A stretch of DNA of 64,000 bases from Myxococcota bacterium (lineage in GTDB: Bacteria; Myxococcota_A; UBA9160; UBA4427). The notes below the pieces were generated by a model that worked only from the letters and a program-made list of their open reading frames with translations, ran no database searches and had not been told where the DNA came from. The stretch's first letter is position 1; every line of letters begins with the position of its first letter. The DNA lies in assembly GCA_041690055.1 (NCBI GenBank), contig JBDNFB010000227.1:73285-137284 (forward strand), given 5' to 3'. This document shows positions 28,491 through 43,000 of the stretch, piece after piece. The translations under genes and the position numbers were made by a program.

Positions 28491-28915
28491 CGTTCGTCGA
28501 TCTTCTCGTTAGTTTTGCTTTTGCTGTTGCCGCTCGTCGGCGCAGATCCCTCAGCGTTAGCTGAGTCTTCTGCGTCCTCTGAGCGAAGTGCATCGCTGAG
28601 TCCGGGCGCCTCGCCGAGGCCCAGATCGTCTGCGACGTCTGGTCCCGAAGCAGCAGTCGCTTTCGAACCGTCTTCAAAATTCAATTCTTTGCCGAGTCGC
28701 AGCAGGCGAAGAACCATCGCTGCAAAACCCAACACAATGCCGATCAAGAAACCCCATGGACTCGAGTCCCAAGTCAGATCAGCCCAATATCCGAAACCGC
28801 CGCCCACCAGAATCGCTCCGATCGCTTCGAAGGCGCCCTGGTACGCATCACTCCCCGCCGCGGCTGCTAGGCCCTTCAGGCGCTGGCGCCCCGGATATTC
28901 GGGTGGATGGCTCAC
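28487..28915 (-). CDS. AtpZ/AtpI family protein (putative F0F1-ATPase accessory subunit)
   Basis: GAILVGGGFGYWADLTWDSSPWGFLIGIVLGFAAM matches the AtpZ/ATPase_gene1-type motif. ATGA overlap with the next gene. Confidence 0.6.
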   Translation of the reverse strand: MSHPPEYPGRQRLKGLAAAAGSDAYQGAFEAIGAILVGGGFGYWADLTWDSSPWGFLIGIVLGFAAMVLRLLRLGKELNFEDGSKATAASGPDVADDLGLGEAPGLSDALRSEDAEDSANAEGSAPTSGNSKSKTNEKIDER

Positions 28916-29068
28916 GGCACCTCTCTCGAGATCGATCTGCGATCAGAATGGGCTCAAAACCCGCCAAAAACCCATTCAACAACAGCGACTCATTCGGGCT
29001 CGGGTAGGGCCGGAAATCGGCGCGCAGCATAGCCTTTTGGCCTCCCGGCCTCAACGCGAAGGCAGGCC

Positions 29069-30346
29069 TTACGTGAGGGCTTTGCGGGCCGCTTCGAGGG
29101 TCGTTTTGACATCCCGTTGGGTGTGCGCGAGCGATACGAAGCCCGCCTCGTAGGGCGAGGGGGCAAGATAGACCCCTTGCTCGAGCATCGCGTTGAAGAA
29201 GCGCTTGAACTGAGCTGCATCACTTTGCTGCGCGTCAACGAACGAGTTTACGGGCCCGGGATGGAAGAAAAAGCCAAACATGCCCCCGATTGCCCGGGTC
29301 GAGATCGGAATTCCAAGCTCCTCGCCCAAAGCCGACAGACCCTTAGCGAGGGCCTCAGTCGTGGCGGAGAGCCGCTCGTAGACGCCATCGGCTTCGAGAA
29401 GTTCGAGCGTCGCGAGGGCGGCCGCCACTGCGAGAGGATTTCCAGACAGAGTACCGGCTTGGTAGACGTCCCCTTCCGGCGCGACGCGGGACATCAGGTC
29501 CTTTCGGCCCCCGTAGGCCGCCGCCGGGAGGCCCCCCCCCACGACCTTGCCGAGCGTCGTCAGGTCGGGCTTCACTTTGTAGAGACGCTGGGCACCGCCG
29601 CGGGCGACACGAAATCCGGTCATCACCTCATCAAAGATGAGAATCGCCCCGAACTCGTCGCACAGTGCGCGCAATCCCTTCAGGAAGCCCTTCACGGGCG
29701 GAATACATCCCATATTGCCCGCTATCGGCTCAACGATGATCGCGGCGATGTCCTTACCCCAGCGCTCGAAGGCGCGCCGAGTGGCCGCGAGGTCGTTGTA
29801 CGGCGCCACGATCGTTAGATCGGTCATCGCCTTCGGCACCCCAGGCGAACCGGGAATGCCGAGCGTGGCCACGCCGCTGCCTGCGCCGACGAGCAACCCG
29901 TCCGAATGCCCGTGATAGCAGCCGTCGAATTTCAGGATTCGGTTTCGCCCCGTCACGCCGCGAGCCAGCCGCAGCGCACTCATCGTCGCCTCGGTCCCCG
30001 AACTCACCAACCGGACCTTTTGAACCGAGGGAAGAACGGACCGAATCGCTTCCGCCAAATCGGTCTCGCGCGGCGTCGGCGCACCGAAGCTCGTGCCGTC
30101 TTTCATCGCGGAACGCACCGCAGCCAGCACCTTAGGATGGCTATGTCCGAGAATCATCGGTCCCCAGGAACCGACATAATCGATGTACTCGTTGCCGTCG
30201 ATATCGCGGACGCGAGCGCCCTTCGCCGATGCGATAAAGCGCGGTATTCCGCCAACAGAGGCGTACGCGCGCACGGGGCTATTCACGCCACCGGGAATAG
30301 AGCGTTTCGCGCGGCTAAATTCGCGGCGCGAATTCGAAACATCCAT
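29069..30346 (-). CDS. hemL: glutamate-1-semialdehyde 2,1-aminomutase
   Basis: [13 protein letters not shown]...[14 protein letters not shown]...FDEVMTGFR...[11 protein letters not shown]. Confidence 0.95.
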   Translation of the reverse strand: MDVSNSRREFSRAKRSIPGGVNSPVRAYASVGGIPRFIASAKGARVRDIDGNEYIDYVGSWGPMILGHSHPKVLAAVRSAMKDGTSFGAPTPRETDLAEAIRSVLPSVQKVRLVSSGTEATMSALRLARGVTGRNRILKFDGCYHGHSDGLLVGAGSGVATLGIPGSPGVPKAMTDLTIVAPYNDLAATRRAFERWGKDIAAIIVEPIAGNMGCIPPVKGFLKGLRALCDEFGAILIFDEVMTGFRVARGGAQRLYKVKPDLTTLGKVVGGGLPAAAYGGRKDLMSRVAPEGDVYQAGTLSGNPLAVAAALATLELLEADGVYERLSATTEALAKGLSALGEELGIPISTRAIGGMFGFFFHPGPVNSFVDAQQSDAAQFKRFFNAMLEQGVYLAPSPYEAGFVSLAHTQRDVKTTLEAARKALT

Positions 30347-30350
30347 GGTG

Positions 30351-33101
<2,751 letters not shown>

Positions 33102-33135
33102 GTTCGTTCGTCCTTAGGGGAGTTTCTGCAGTGGG

Positions 33136-35814
<2,679 letters not shown>

Positions 35815-36070
35815 TTAGACGTGCCTCAGGGACGCCAGGAGAGTACCTAAACCCCGGGGGTCGGGCAAATTCAAAACTCTCATTTTTTCTAGAATGGAAG
35901 GCATTCTGCGCTGCGAGAGCGGGCGGTTTCGCGCGGATTCAAATCCCCCTCAGGGAATATACTCAGAACGTCCTGTATCGGAGCACCTAGGAGTGAGTAA
36001 GGAAGGGGGGGCAGAGAAGAAAGCAGGTAGAGGGGTGAAAAGCCGCTTATTGGGCAGCAGCCTGCCGGTC

Positions 36071-37195
36071 TCATATCCGCATTGGCATCACAACGGCGAG
36101 GGTCTTCTCATTGTCGGATGGCGTGATTCGAGACGGAGACAGCTCGTCCTGGAAGGAAAAGCGAATCTCTTTTTCTTGGATCGCGTTAATCGCGTCAAGC
36201 AGATATTTGGCGTTGAAACCGACGGCAATCGACTCACCGGCGTAGTCGATGTCGAGTTCTTCGCGCGCATCGCCGAGATCAGGATTGCTCGAAGAAATGA
36301 CGAGCTGTCCGGGGGTAATCTCCAATTTGACTGCACGGCTTCGTTCGGAGGAGAGCAGCGCAACGCGGCGCACCGCTTGAACGAGCGAATCCGTCGGAAG
36401 AACGAGATGTCGACTCAGTTCTTTCGGGATGACCTGATTATAGTTTGGGAATTCGCCCTCGATGAGCCGCATAACAAGCGTGACATCGCCTTTGCGTGCC
36501 AAACCGCTGTTATTTGCGAACGCGAGCTCAATCTCTTCCGAATCGTCTTCATCAACGAGCCTCTTGAGTTCGCCCAGGCCTTTGCGCGGAATGATCACGC
36601 CACTGGTAAGCGCGCTCACGTCGCCTTCGATGGCGCGGTCAACACAAGCGAGTCGATGTCCGTCTGTTGCGACGAGCCGGATCTCACTGGTTTCCCCAAG
36701 AACTTCGAGATAGACGCCATTTAGGTTGTAACGCGTCTCGTCGACCGAAGCGGCGTACATCGTACGTTCGATCATTGCGGAGAGAATCGCAGAAGGAATG
36801 GGTACCGTCTTCTCTGGACTGAATTCCGGGAGTGTCGGATATTCCTCTGCCGCAGTTCCTGCGAGGGTGAAGCGACTGCGATTGCATTTGATCTCTAGAT
36901 ACGAGTTCGCGGTGGCTTCCAGTTCGATCTTATCGTCGGATAGCTCGCGTACGATCTCGAAGAGTTTCTTTGCCGAGACCGTGAGGCCGCCTGTTTCCTT
37001 CACGTCGGCGGTATGCTGACTGCGCACACCGACTTCAAGATCAGTCGCCGCAAGTTGAAGCTTCGCTTCCTTGCCTTTTTTTGGCGCTTCGATCAGCGTG
37101 TTGGCAAGGATCGGCATCGAGTTTCGTTTTTCAACGATGGACTGGATTCGGCCCAAACCACGGAGGAACTCGGTTTTTGTGATCGAGAGTTTCAT
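36071..37195 (-). CDS. dnaN: DNA polymerase III beta sliding clamp
   Basis: MKLSITKTEFLRGLGRIQSIVEKRNSMPILANTLIEA..., 374 aa, three-domain length. Ends ...LAVVMPMRI. Confidence 0.95.
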   Translation of the reverse strand: MKLSITKTEFLRGLGRIQSIVEKRNSMPILANTLIEAPKKGKEAKLQLAATDLEVGVRSQHTADVKETGGLTVSAKKLFEIVRELSDDKIELEATANSYLEIKCNRSRFTLAGTAAEEYPTLPEFSPEKTVPIPSAILSAMIERTMYAASVDETRYNLNGVYLEVLGETSEIRLVATDGHRLACVDRAIEGDVSALTSGVIIPRKGLGELKRLVDEDDSEEIELAFANNSGLARKGDVTLVMRLIEGEFPNYNQVIPKELSRHLVLPTDSLVQAVRRVALLSSERSRAVKLEITPGQLVISSSNPDLGDAREELDIDYAGESIAVGFNAKYLLDAINAIQEKEIRFSFQDELSPSRITPSDNEKTLAVVMPMRI

Positions 37196-37940
37196 CCACT
37201 GTCTCTTCTGTTTAGATTTTTAAAATTTAAAGAGTAGTAGTAGAGAGTGATAGAGAACCGGACAAAACGAATGCAACCCTTTGACTTCAAAGTCTTTATG
37301 GGAATATCCGATGGATGTCAGGGGGGCCCGTTTTCGACAAAGGAAAAGGAGCCGGGCTCTAAAGCTCTCGTTCTGTCGGCAGAGTAACACGGGCACGCTC
37401 GTTCTGGTCCGGGCCGTTGCGAAATCGCTGCGTCCTGCTGGCGGTGTTGAGATGGGTCTGGTGGGGGGTAGGATTTCCGGGTGGTTGGCTCTCGATCCGA
37501 AAAACACTCGAATCCGAAAAGCAGTGGTAGAACGATGCATTGACAGGTTGAGACCGGGCCGGGTACCTTGTCGCGCTTCCCGGGACAGCGTTCGATTCCA
37601 TGGTCTTTTCGAAGAGCAACTGAGCTCCTTGCCACGCATGTCGAATTCCCGCGAAATCGCAGAGTGAACACCGATCGATAGAGAATCGATTCCGAATCGT
37701 CATTGAACCAGGCAATTAGTAAAGTTGCCAGAACCGGTCGGGCCGACCAATGCATCGTCGGCACCAGACCCAAGGGTTTCCCGAACAGCGTAAAACGTGC
37801 AAGGCATGCTTTCTCTTCTTTTGTAGGAGAGGGGCGTTTCCGGGCCGAACACGTTGATCCTATACCGAAACATGCAGACGCAGTTTGCGGTCGGTGAATG
37901 GTGCGGGCAGAACCTGTAGAGAGAGTGAGGATCCGCAGAG

Positions 37941-38090
37941 ATGAAGCGGACTTTTCAGCCGAGCCGAATCAAGCGTCTTCGAAAGCATGGCTTCCGACAG
38001 CGAATGAAGACCAAAGCAGGTCGTGCGATTATCAAGCGCCGCCGAGCCAAGGGTCGAAAGAGCCTCGCCGCCACCGCCGCGTCCAAGTAG
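37941..38090 (+). CDS. rpmH: 50S ribosomal protein L34
   Basis: Below the ORF-track size cut-off. Hand translation: [49 protein letters not shown]. Confidence 0.92.
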   Translation: MKRTFQPSRIKRLRKHGFRQRMKTKAGRAIIKRRRAKGRKSLAATAASK

Positions 38091-38092
38091 GG

Positions 38093-38590
38093 ATGGGCGA
38101 GGCGACCGGCCGTTTTCGGCGGTCGGACCGGCTCCTGGACTCAAGGGATTATCTACGCGTCATGAGACGTGGGCGTCGTCACGCCAATGGTGATCTCGTT
38201 GTGATTTCGGCGCCGAAGAGACAAAACCCTCGAAAAGACGAGGACTTGAGCGCTCCCAAGGAAACAGGGAAGCGCTGCCGGGAGATCCTCGCCAGCGACT
38301 TGGCGGACAACCGGATCGGAATTACCGCGAGCCGGAAAGTCGGCAATGCGGTCGTTCGGAATCTCTTCAAACGGCGGATCCGAGAGTGGTTTCGGGCTCG
38401 CCGACGTGATCTGGGCGAGAGCCGTGATTTTGTCGTGATTGCCCGGCGCTCGGGAGCAGCGATGAACTTGGCTGATCTCGATCGATGCATGTCCAAACTA
38501 TTAGAGTTGGATCCATCATCGCGCTGGCAGGCTGCGCCAGCGGGAACGGATTCCTCAAAGACGTGTAACGCGCCTGTGGGGGCCTTCTGA
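38093..38590 (+). CDS. rnpA: ribonuclease P protein component
   Basis: Starts 2 nt after the rpmH stop. [22 protein letters not shown]...[24 protein letters not shown] (RNR motif). Confidence 0.85.
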   Translation: MGEATGRFRRSDRLLDSRDYLRVMRRGRRHANGDLVVISAPKRQNPRKDEDLSAPKETGKRCREILASDLADNRIGITASRKVGNAVVRNLFKRRIREWFRARRRDLGESRDFVVIARRSGAAMNLADLDRCMSKLLELDPSSRWQAAPAGTDSSKTCNAPVGAF

Positions 38591-38862
38591 TGAATGCGAA
38601 GGCGGTTCCGTGCTGTAAAGATGCGGCCTCGTCCCCCTCTTCGTCCCCCTCTACGAATCCGTTGATTCGGGCGCTTTTTGGGCTCTATCGCGGCGGAATT
38701 CGACCTTTTTTCGGCCCGAGCTGCCGTTTCATTCCCTCTTGCTCTGAATTTACGGAGGAGTCGATCGGGCGTTACGGACTCTTTAGGGGCGTTTGGCTCG
38801 GGCTGCTCCGGATTCTTCGCTGTCATCCCTTTCATCCAGGCGGCTACGACCCCGTTCCGTAG
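38590..38862 (+). CDS. yidD: membrane protein insertion efficiency factor YidD
   Basis: [10 protein letters not shown]...[14 protein letters not shown]. 1-nt overlap with the rnpA stop. Confidence 0.88.
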   Translation: MNAKAVPCCKDAASSPSSSPSTNPLIRALFGLYRGGIRPFFGPSCRFIPSCSEFTEESIGRYGLFRGVWLGLLRILRCHPFHPGGYDPVP

Positions 38863-39039
38863 CGGCGATCTGGAGAGGGGCTGATCGAGCGATCTGGTTG
38901 AGTCTCTTAACTCCGTCCGGGATGCCGCTTAGCCCCAATATCTCGGACCCAAGAACCTAGACCCACGTTTCTCGACATACGGAACCTTCCCGCACGTCCC
39001 TATCGAAACCCCGGCGATTCGCCTCGAGGCTCTCAACAA

Positions 39040-40770
39040 TTGGATCGAAACACCCTTTTTGCCATCGCGCTCTCAATCGTCGTCGTCGGGCTCTATCAGA
39101 CCTACGTCCTTCAGACGCGTGAAGAAGTACTGCTCGAGACGGCGCAAGTAGAGGAGATCCCCGCTGCGGGTTCTTCATCCTATCTGGAGGAGGCTCAAGG
39201 GACGGAGACTGGGTTGGATGCCGGCGAAGCGGGTTCGTCCGTAGGCCAGGCAACGTCCGCTTCGGCGGATAGGGCTGATAGTGCATCTCGAACGAGTTTG
39301 TCGGTACCGTCGGCGCCCGTGGAATCGTGGATGCTGTCGAACGATAAGGTCGTGGCGAAGATTTCGAATGACGGCGCCTTGATTTCCAGCTGGGCGCTGC
39401 GCGAGTACGATGAGCGTCTTCCGGACGGGGATATTCCGATAGAGCTGGTCAACGCTGCGACCCCGGTTCTGAACACGGATATTTCGGGCGTGTCTGGCGC
39501 GTCCTTCGCGAATTCGCGTTTTAGGTTCGTGGAAAAAACGGCGCGCAAGGTTGTACAGAGGGCGGAGACGGAAGCGGGCGTTCTCACGCGCACGATTCAG
39601 TTAGACGAAGCGGGTTATGGTTTCGGCCTCGATCTTGCGTTTGAGAGTCACCGCGTCGACCCGATCGACGTTTCCTTCGAGGTGCATTGGCCCGCGAAGA
39701 TGACCGAGCGGCAAGACTTTCAACAGCTTGCGTTGCTGGCGTACGGTGATGAGGGGGGCGTGACGCGAACCCTCGTTCCGGGCGTCGGCCAACCGGGTTT
39801 TCTTGGATTCGGTGGGTCTTCGGACGGGATTGAGCGGATCGACGATCGCGTGATGTGGGCTGGCTTCGATATTCAGTACTTCGTCGGCGTCATCATTGAT
39901 CCCGAGGGACGCGATCGCCTTGATGTTCAATTCGAGCAGGTAGAGGCGCGGGAGAGCGCGTTTGCGAGGGTAACACTTCCGAGTGTGTCTATCGGCTCAG
40001 GTGGATCCGCGAACGAATCTCTGCGCGGCTTCTTCGGACCGAAGGCGCCGGATGCTCTCTCTGCGGTGGGACTTGGTCTCGAACATACGGTGGATCGTGG
40101 CTGGAGTTGGTTGGAGCCGCTCACGCGTTTCTTTGAGATGGCGCTCGACTGGCTCTACAAGTTCATCCCGAATTACGGCGTAGCAATCATCGTGCTGACT
40201 CTTCTTGTGCGCATCGTTACGGCGCCGCTCACCGTAAAGCAGATGCGTTCCGCGGAACGCATGCGCGAAGTGAAACCGAAGATGGACGCGCTTCAGTCGA
40301 AGTACAAAGACGATCGGCAAAAGCAGTCTGAGCAGTTGATGAAGCTTTATAAGGAAGAAGGCATCAATCCGCTGAGCGGCTGCTTTCCGATTTTCCTGCA
40401 GATGCCGGTGTTGATTGGCTTGTTCTACGCGCTTCGCACTTCAATTGGGCTCCGACATGCTCCGTTCGGTCTTTGGATCACGGATCTCTCACAGCCGGCC
40501 ACATTGTTCACGATTCCCGGGGTCGATTTCCCGGTTCGGATTCTTCCTCTCGTCATGGGCGCGAGCATGTTCGTGCAGCAGAAGATGATGCCGCAGGCCG
40601 GTATGGATCCCGTCCAGGCTCGTCTGATGCTGATCATGATGCCGGGGATGATGCTTTTAATTTCCTACACTTTTCCTTCTGGACTCGTGCTCTACTGGAC
40701 GGTGAGCAACCTCTTGGGCATCGCTCATCAGTATTGGATCCGGAACAAGATGCAGCCGTTGAATGGCTGA
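39040..40770 (+). CDS. yidC: membrane protein insertase YidC
   Basis: N-terminal TM MDRNTLFAIALSIVVVGLY, large periplasmic domain, then YGVAIIVLTLLVRIVTAPLTVKQMRS...GCFPIFLQMPVLIGLFYAL. Confidence 0.92.
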   Translation: MDRNTLFAIALSIVVVGLYQTYVLQTREEVLLETAQVEEIPAAGSSSYLEEAQGTETGLDAGEAGSSVGQATSASADRADSASRTSLSVPSAPVESWMLSNDKVVAKISNDGALISSWALREYDERLPDGDIPIELVNAATPVLNTDISGVSGASFANSRFRFVEKTARKVVQRAETEAGVLTRTIQLDEAGYGFGLDLAFESHRVDPIDVSFEVHWPAKMTERQDFQQLALLAYGDEGGVTRTLVPGVGQPGFLGFGGSSDGIERIDDRVMWAGFDIQYFVGVIIDPEGRDRLDVQFEQVEARESAFARVTLPSVSIGSGGSANESLRGFFGPKAPDALSAVGLGLEHTVDRGWSWLEPLTRFFEMALDWLYKFIPNYGVAIIVLTLLVRIVTAPLTVKQMRSAERMREVKPKMDALQSKYKDDRQKQSEQLMKLYKEEGINPLSGCFPIFLQMPVLIGLFYALRTSIGLRHAPFGLWITDLSQPATLFTIPGVDFPVRILPLVMGASMFVQQKMMPQAGMDPVQARLMLIMMPGMMLLISYTFPSGLVLYWTVSNLLGIAHQYWIRNKMQPLNG

Positions 40771-40804
40771 ACGCCGACCTGCGGCGAGATAGAGAGAACG
40801 AACG

Positions 40805-41794
40805 ATGTACGACGCGCGCCAAGAACCGAATGAATTTATTGCGGATAGCCTCAGCGAGGCGAAGGAAAATGCTTGTCAGTTTTTTGAAGTAGAAGAATCG
40901 GATCTCCGGTTTGTGATTTCGAAGGACGGCGAGATCTATGGAGCGACGGGGCGAAGTATCGTTGTTGCCACACCGAAGACCATCACGAGTGGGCCTCCCC
41001 GAGGGAATTCTGATGATGGGGGCCGCGGTGGCGATCGTGGGCCCCGTAAAGAATCCCGCGGGGGCGGTGAGCGCGGCGGTCGTGGTGAGGGGCGGAGCGA
41101 AGGTCGTGGCGAAGGCCGCGGGCCTCGTGGTGGCCGTGAGCGCGGTGGACGCAGCGAAAGCAGTAGTGAGGGCCGGGGTGAAGCTCGCAGTGAGGGTCGC
41201 AGTGAAGCTCGTGGTGACAGCAGCGGCGAAACCAGCCTTCCTCCAGCTCGAGAAAAGCTGTCCGCGGAACCGCAGGCTGCGGTCGCCGGTTCAAAGGGCA
41301 TGGCGAAGGGTAAGATCGGTCCGATCGGTGATTTCTTGCTCGGTGCTGTCGAGCGAATGAAGCTTGGCTCCTTCGAGATTTCTGAGTCTTCTGAGGGCGA
41401 CTTTCTTATCTATCAGTTGAACGGTCCTGCGGCAGAAGCACTTCAGGGCGGGGACGGACGTGCGACGGACGCCCTGCAGCTGGTCGCCAACCAGGTTTCG
41501 ATGCGACAGAGCGAGGATGCGCCGCGAATCGTGGTGGATGTTGAGGGTGGCGGAGACGAACGCGACGACACGATGAACCGCCTTGCAGACCGTGCAGTTA
41601 AACGAGCTCGCGAGACCGGCCGGTCGATTGCGTTGGATCCGATGAACTCCCGAGACCGACGCGCGATTCATATCGCGATTCGCGACGTTGATGGCGTGGC
41701 CACGATGAGCATCGGGGAAGGCCGATATCGCCAGGTCCTGGTTGTTCCGGAAGGCGCGCCGGAATACGAAGACGCGCTGGCAGACAACAACTAG
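40805..41794 (+). CDS. jag: Jag/KhpB-like RNA-binding protein (Jag_N, KH-like and R3H domains) with an RG/RSE-rich insert
   Basis: Position after yidC. C-terminal R3H region LDPMNSRDRRAIHIAIRDVDGVATMSIGEG..RQVLV. Confidence 0.8.
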   Translation: MYDARQEPNEFIADSLSEAKENACQFFEVEESDLRFVISKDGEIYGATGRSIVVATPKTITSGPPRGNSDDGGRGGDRGPRKESRGGGERGGRGEGRSEGRGEGRGPRGGRERGGRSESSSEGRGEARSEGRSEARGDSSGETSLPPAREKLSAEPQAAVAGSKGMAKGKIGPIGDFLLGAVERMKLGSFEISESSEGDFLIYQLNGPAAEALQGGDGRATDALQLVANQVSMRQSEDAPRIVVDVEGGGDERDDTMNRLADRAVKRARETGRSIALDPMNSRDRRAIHIAIRDVDGVATMSIGEGRYRQVLVVPEGAPEYEDALADNN

Positions 41795-41868
41795 ACGCGG
41801 GGGCCGCAGAGAGGTGCTGAGCCAGTCGGCTCCGTTTCCTCTTTTTGCGTAGGAGGATCTCACCAGAG

Positions 41869-41884
41869 TGTTCCACGGGGAACG
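41869..41884. other. parS-like palindrome TGTTCCACGGGGAACG
   Basis: 13/16 match to the parS consensus TGTTNCACGTGAAACA. Lies in the jag-rsmG intergenic region. Confidence 0.5.
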
Positions 41885-41947
41885 CTCCCCAGTTGTTCTC
41901 CTTTTTGAGTGGGCAACCAGAGATTTCCTCCACGGCCACGCGTAAAA

Positions 41948-41963
41948 CGTTCCACGGGGAACG
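41948..41963. other. parS-like palindrome CGTTCCACGGGGAACG
   Basis: Second copy of the same GTTCCACGGGGAAC core, 79 bp downstream of the first. Its right arm abuts the rsmG RBS. Confidence 0.5.
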
Positions 41964-41972
41964 GAGTTTCAA

Positions 41973-42653
41973 ATGAAAAACGGCGATACTCGAGATCAAA
42001 GCGAGGTCGCCGTTTTTTCTTTTCTGCGCTCCGGACTGGACCAGCTGGACCTCCACTATGAGGAGACTCAAGTGGTGCAGCTCACCGAGCTGGTTTCGAT
42101 ATTGTCGGCATGGGCAGCTCGGATCAATTTGACTGGGCACAGAACCCCGCTCGAGATGGCGAGCGGACTGGTCCTTGACGCGGCTGCGCTCGTCGCCTGC
42201 CTACCTGAGATTTCCGAAGCAGAGTCTTTGGCCGACTTGGGGACCGGCGCGGGTTTCCCCGGTCTCCCCATCGCGATCCTCAAGCCCCATCTCCAGGTGT
42301 CGCTCGTGGACTCCCGGAAGAAGCGCAACCACTTCCAACGGGAGGTGCGCCGCCGTCTATCGCTCAGGCATGTGACTCCGTTTCTCGGTCGGGTTGAAGA
42401 GCTTGAGGTCAGGCCGAGCCAGGTTGTGATTGCCCAAGCAATGACCCAGCCCGACCTCGCCCTGAAGCTCATGCATCCTTGGGCAGAAGAAGGTGGTCTC
42501 GTGATACTCCCCGCCTCGGAGGCTGCGGTTCAACCCATTCCACCGCAAGGCATCGAGACTCCTGAGCTGCGGGAATATCAGGTTCCCCAATCCGGAACTC
42601 TTCGAAAGCTCTGGGTAGCGCGAGTTCTGGAGGCCGCTGACTCAGCTTCCTAG
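41973..42653 (+). CDS. rsmG: 16S rRNA (guanine527-N7)-methyltransferase
   Basis: INLTGHRTP...LADLGTGAGFPGLPIAI...VSLVDSRKKR. Confidence 0.85.
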   Translation: MKNGDTRDQSEVAVFSFLRSGLDQLDLHYEETQVVQLTELVSILSAWAARINLTGHRTPLEMASGLVLDAAALVACLPEISEAESLADLGTGAGFPGLPIAILKPHLQVSLVDSRKKRNHFQREVRRRLSLRHVTPFLGRVEELEVRPSQVVIAQAMTQPDLALKLMHPWAEEGGLVILPASEAAVQPIPPQGIETPELREYQVPQSGTLRKLWVARVLEAADSAS

Positions 42654-42838
42654 GGCCCGCCAAAACCCAGGCTCAATCAAGATGTAAAGCTGGGGGTCAA
42701 CGCTGCGTTTTTTCCAGCCGGGCTCTGCTCCAAGCAGAGGCCATCCCAGGTGGCCGTGCATTGAAGAGCGGTTGGATTGGTGACTCACTGCCGATCGTTT
42801 CAACGCCGTTCATTTCCCCGGCAAGCTTCCCTGCTGAA

Positions 42839-42854
42839 CGTTCCACGTGAAACA
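42839..42854. other. near-consensus parS site CGTTCCACGTGAAACA
   Basis: 15/16 match to TGTTNCACGTGAAACA, about 150 bp upstream of parA. Confidence 0.7.
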
Positions 42855-43000
42855 ATGGATATTCCCCACTCCCATTGAACTCGACCTGTGGTAAAAACCG
42901 CGGCTAAGCCTCCGCGTATGCGGAGGCACACGCGTGCCCGCTCTACTAGAGCGAGAGACGAGTGCCTTTCCGCCAACAGACCCAACCGAGAACACAGAGA

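Noticed and set aside
35931-35950. tRNA T-arm-like string GCGCGGATTCAAATCCCCC.
   Set aside because: The flanking 5-nt segments do not pair (GCGGA against CCCCC). No acceptor or anticodon arms can be built on either strand.
37339-37360. AAAGGAAAAGGAGCCGGGCTCT resembles the RNase P RNA GAGGAAAGUCCGGGCUC motif.
   Set aside because: It differs in the critical GUCC core. The other universally conserved RNase P blocks (for example ACAGAACCCGGCUUA) are absent from the surrounding 700 bp.
37196-37940. Confident oriC annotation of the rpmH-dnaN gap.
   Set aside because: There is only one 2-mismatch DnaA-box-like 9-mer and no cluster of TTATCCACA-type boxes. I kept it as a finding to test, not as a feature.
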